Source of the DNA: Callorhinchus milii
Lineage: Eukaryota
Assembly (NCBI RefSeq): GCF_018977255.1
Contig: NW_024704742.1
Location: 434,001 to 498,000, forward strand
Direction of reading: 5' to 3'
DNA length: 64,000 nt
Under the pieces are notes generated by a model. That model worked only from the letters and a program-made list of their open reading frames with translations. It did no database searches and was not told where the DNA came from. The position numbers and the translations under genes are program-made. Below, in pieces: positions 61,445-64,000 of the stretch (positions are counted from its first letter, which is position 1; each line of letters opens with the position of its first letter).

Positions 61445-61900
61445 TAATAAGAAGTCATGCATTTGATACATGCTTTTTCACATCATCAAGATGTCTCAAA
61501 GCGCTTCAAGGATATACAGTTCAGTAAAGTGTAAAATGGTTTGATAGGGTATTTTGTGAGCGAAATGCAGCAGTAAGTTTGCGCACAGTAATGTCCCACA
61601 AAGAGCCATGGAGTGAGTGACCAAATTTATTTGGAGGATTTGTTGGCCAGGACACTGGGAGAGAGAAACACCCTTCGCTTTCGAATAGCGCTATGGGATC
61701 TTTAAAGTCCACCTGAACAGGCAGGTGGGATCTTGGTTTAATGTCTCATACGAAGGACAGCACCTCCAACAACACAGCACACCCCCAGCACCGCATTGGA
61801 ATGTCACCTTAGCCTATGTGAATCCAAGTCCTGATGTAGGGCTTGAACCCACAACCTTCTGACTCAGAGGCGAGAGTGGTACCCCTGAGCCAAGCTGCCA
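61445..61900 (-). mobile_element. Near full-length Deu-domain SINE
   Basis: Head (rc) ggctcaggggtaccactctcgcctctgagtcagaaggttgtgggttcaagccc; Deu core ggaggtgctgtccttcgtatgagacattaaaccaag...gtgtcctggccaac; L2-type tail. Confidence 0.82.
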
Positions 61901-62467
61901 CACATATTGCTTGTGTGTATTGATGACACACGGATTGTACTGGTAAGGTTTTCTTTGAGGCGTCCTCCCAATGTGAAAGAATTTCCTCCCACACATTTCC
62001 TACCCTCGTGCAAATCAGCATCAGCGAGGCTGGCCCAGAATAGCCTCTACGGTATGTTGATGCACCAGATCAGTTGAAAGCCAATTACTCATCTCTAGAT
62101 GTGTCACCCACCATTCATTAAGTGACGTTAATGCTGTGTTTTACATTATGAGTTTCCCTCTGCAGACGACTGATAATGTCAAATGGTAATTTTTTCGAGC
62201 ATCGAATCTCCCAAAACCCTATTTAGAACTGCATCACTCTCTTCTGGAAGGATGAAATGAAATGGGCTAAAAGGGTCCTTTATATAAAAAAAATCAACAA
62301 TTTTGTCTCTGGATAAAGGCGAGACAATAAAAATTTACCCCAATGGACCTTTCATTAGTTCTACGCAAGCACAGATGTCGCCAAATAAGCATTAGGATCC
62401 TGTCAAGACTTGCCCATGCACAAACTTCACACTTTCTTTTTGTAGTGTCTTTTCCCTGTATAATCAT

Positions 62468-63125
62468 AACAATAATAATAATCTTTGCATTTGATATAGT
62501 GCTTTTCACGTCCTCGAGACGTCTCAAAGCGCTTCACACAATAGACTGTAAAGTGAAATGACTGTATATTTGTGGGCAAAACGCAATGGCCAATTGTGCA
62601 CAGCAGCGTCCCACAAACAATCGTGGATTGAAGTGACAAAATTACTATTGTTTTTTTTCTTGAGGGATTATTATCAGGCGGGTGGAGTAAGGAAATGTGC
62701 CCAAGGTTTCGCCCTGCTGGGAATCGAACCCAGGTCCTCTCGCTTGCGAGGCGAGTGCTCTAACCACTGAGCTACAAAACTCCACCTGCTGGCAGACTCT
62801 TGCCTGCTCCACATCTCTTGCCCCATCCGCCCCACCATCGCCGGTAGCGCCTTCAGCTTTTCTGCCCCCGCCTATTGGAATTCCATCCCACAGTCCCTTT
62901 GCCTCGCCTCCCCCCTCCCCCCCTCCCTTATCTCCTTCAAGGCCCATCTCAAGACCTTCCTCTTTGACCGAGCCTTCGGTCACCCTCCTACCCCCATCCC
63001 CCCTCCCTCCACCCCTCCTGATCCCAACCTCCCCAGCTAGGGTGCACATCCGTGACTGCCCAGGGCTTTGGGACGTCCTCCTGACATGAAAGGCGCTGTA
63101 CAAATGTAATCTCTTGTTGTTGTTG
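62468..63125. mobile_element. SINE on - (62468-62782) abutting an L2 3' fragment on + (62783-63125)
   Basis: SINE head/body/tail; L2 remnant ending gaaaggcgctgtacaaatgtaatctc(ttg)n. Confidence 0.82.
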
Positions 63126-64000
63126 GTGGTGAAATCTCGAAAAAGTCCTGGGCAAAATCGTCTGATATTCATCTGCACCTCCTGTCACTAGAGGAGATTG
63201 CAGGCATACATTTCTCATGGTGGTTTATATATGCCTGAAAGTCTGATGTCACTGTGATACTTAGGCAATACTAATATTAATCTTGCCTGTTGATCCCATG
63301 ACACCATTCAGAAAGAGAAAGGAATGTCTTCTGACAATCCTCCGGATTAAATTGTGTTTGCTCGCAAAAACGGTAATTATTTATGAGGTGCTTTACCAAT
63401 GCAATTATTATCACCATTATTATATTATTTATTATTGGACAGCAAGTACAATGTGGAACTTTTCAGCTAGTTCTTTTTTTCACCCAGTTTTAATTGCCTC
63501 CGACCTGCTTATACCCCACTCTGGCTTCCTGCACGTCCCTCATCCCATCCGTTCCACTATCGGCTGCCTTGAGCCTCTGGAACTCTGCCTCAATCCTTCC
63601 TTCCTCTTCGACCAGTAACTTCCCCCCCTCCCTGATTCGTTGTCAAACTCCACCATTGTTAATGGCTCCAAGACGCAACCCCTTTTGACGGGCACTAAAC
63701 AAATGCAAGTTGTTGTTGAAACGTAACGGTTTATTAGGTTAACCAGGATATTAGGTTGTTGGGTTAACCAGGATTCCAGGTTAACTCAACTGGTGTTCCC
63801 CATAGCTCATCCCTCCAGCATCCAAAGCAGTAACGCTGATATATTCCAGGATAGGCAGAGTCATCCCTAAAAAATACCCGCAAGCAGGAAGTCGAGCAGC
63901 CAGTGTCAGTCTCGTCAATCTCACTATCCAGCCAGTTAGAGGGTTATGTGAGTGAATGAGATTGACAAGCTCCTGGCACCCGGCAACCACACAACAGGGG

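Noticed and set aside
62349..62455. Minus-strand GKDTTKRKCEVCAW... with CxxC as a possible IL21 exon
   Set aside because: The acceptor derives from a SINE tail, the donor is weak and not phase 0, and the EFL...LQ helix-D pattern is absent.

Overview
Vertebrate genomic DNA, most likely from a cartilaginous fish (inferred from the Deu-domain SINEs, CR1/L2 LINE types and a shark-type Penelope fragment). The window holds the conserved KIAA1109(BLTP1)-ADAD1-IL2 block. On + are the last 10 coding exons of BLTP1/KIAA1109 (657-7939) and a complete 11-coding-exon ADAD1/TENR gene (10538-19035, 581 aa, catalytically dead deaminase, one GC-AG intron). On - is a 4-exon gene with all introns in phase 0 (38052-35752). 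It encodes a 150-aa secreted short-chain helical cytokine that is almost invisible in the ORF track. Its synteny, exon structure, residue motifs, AU-rich 3'UTR and a promoter with NFAT / NF-kB / CD28RE-AP-1-NFAT / TATA in the mammalian IL2 order support calling it IL-2. The rest is dense with a young tRNA-Ala-derived SINE (two subfamilies) whose tail is shared with L2, older Deu-domain SINEs, CR1 and L2 fragments, an unclassified repeat and microsatellites. I found no recognisable IL21 in the 26 kb upstream of IL2. All homology calls rest on manual translation and recalled family sequences; no searches were run.
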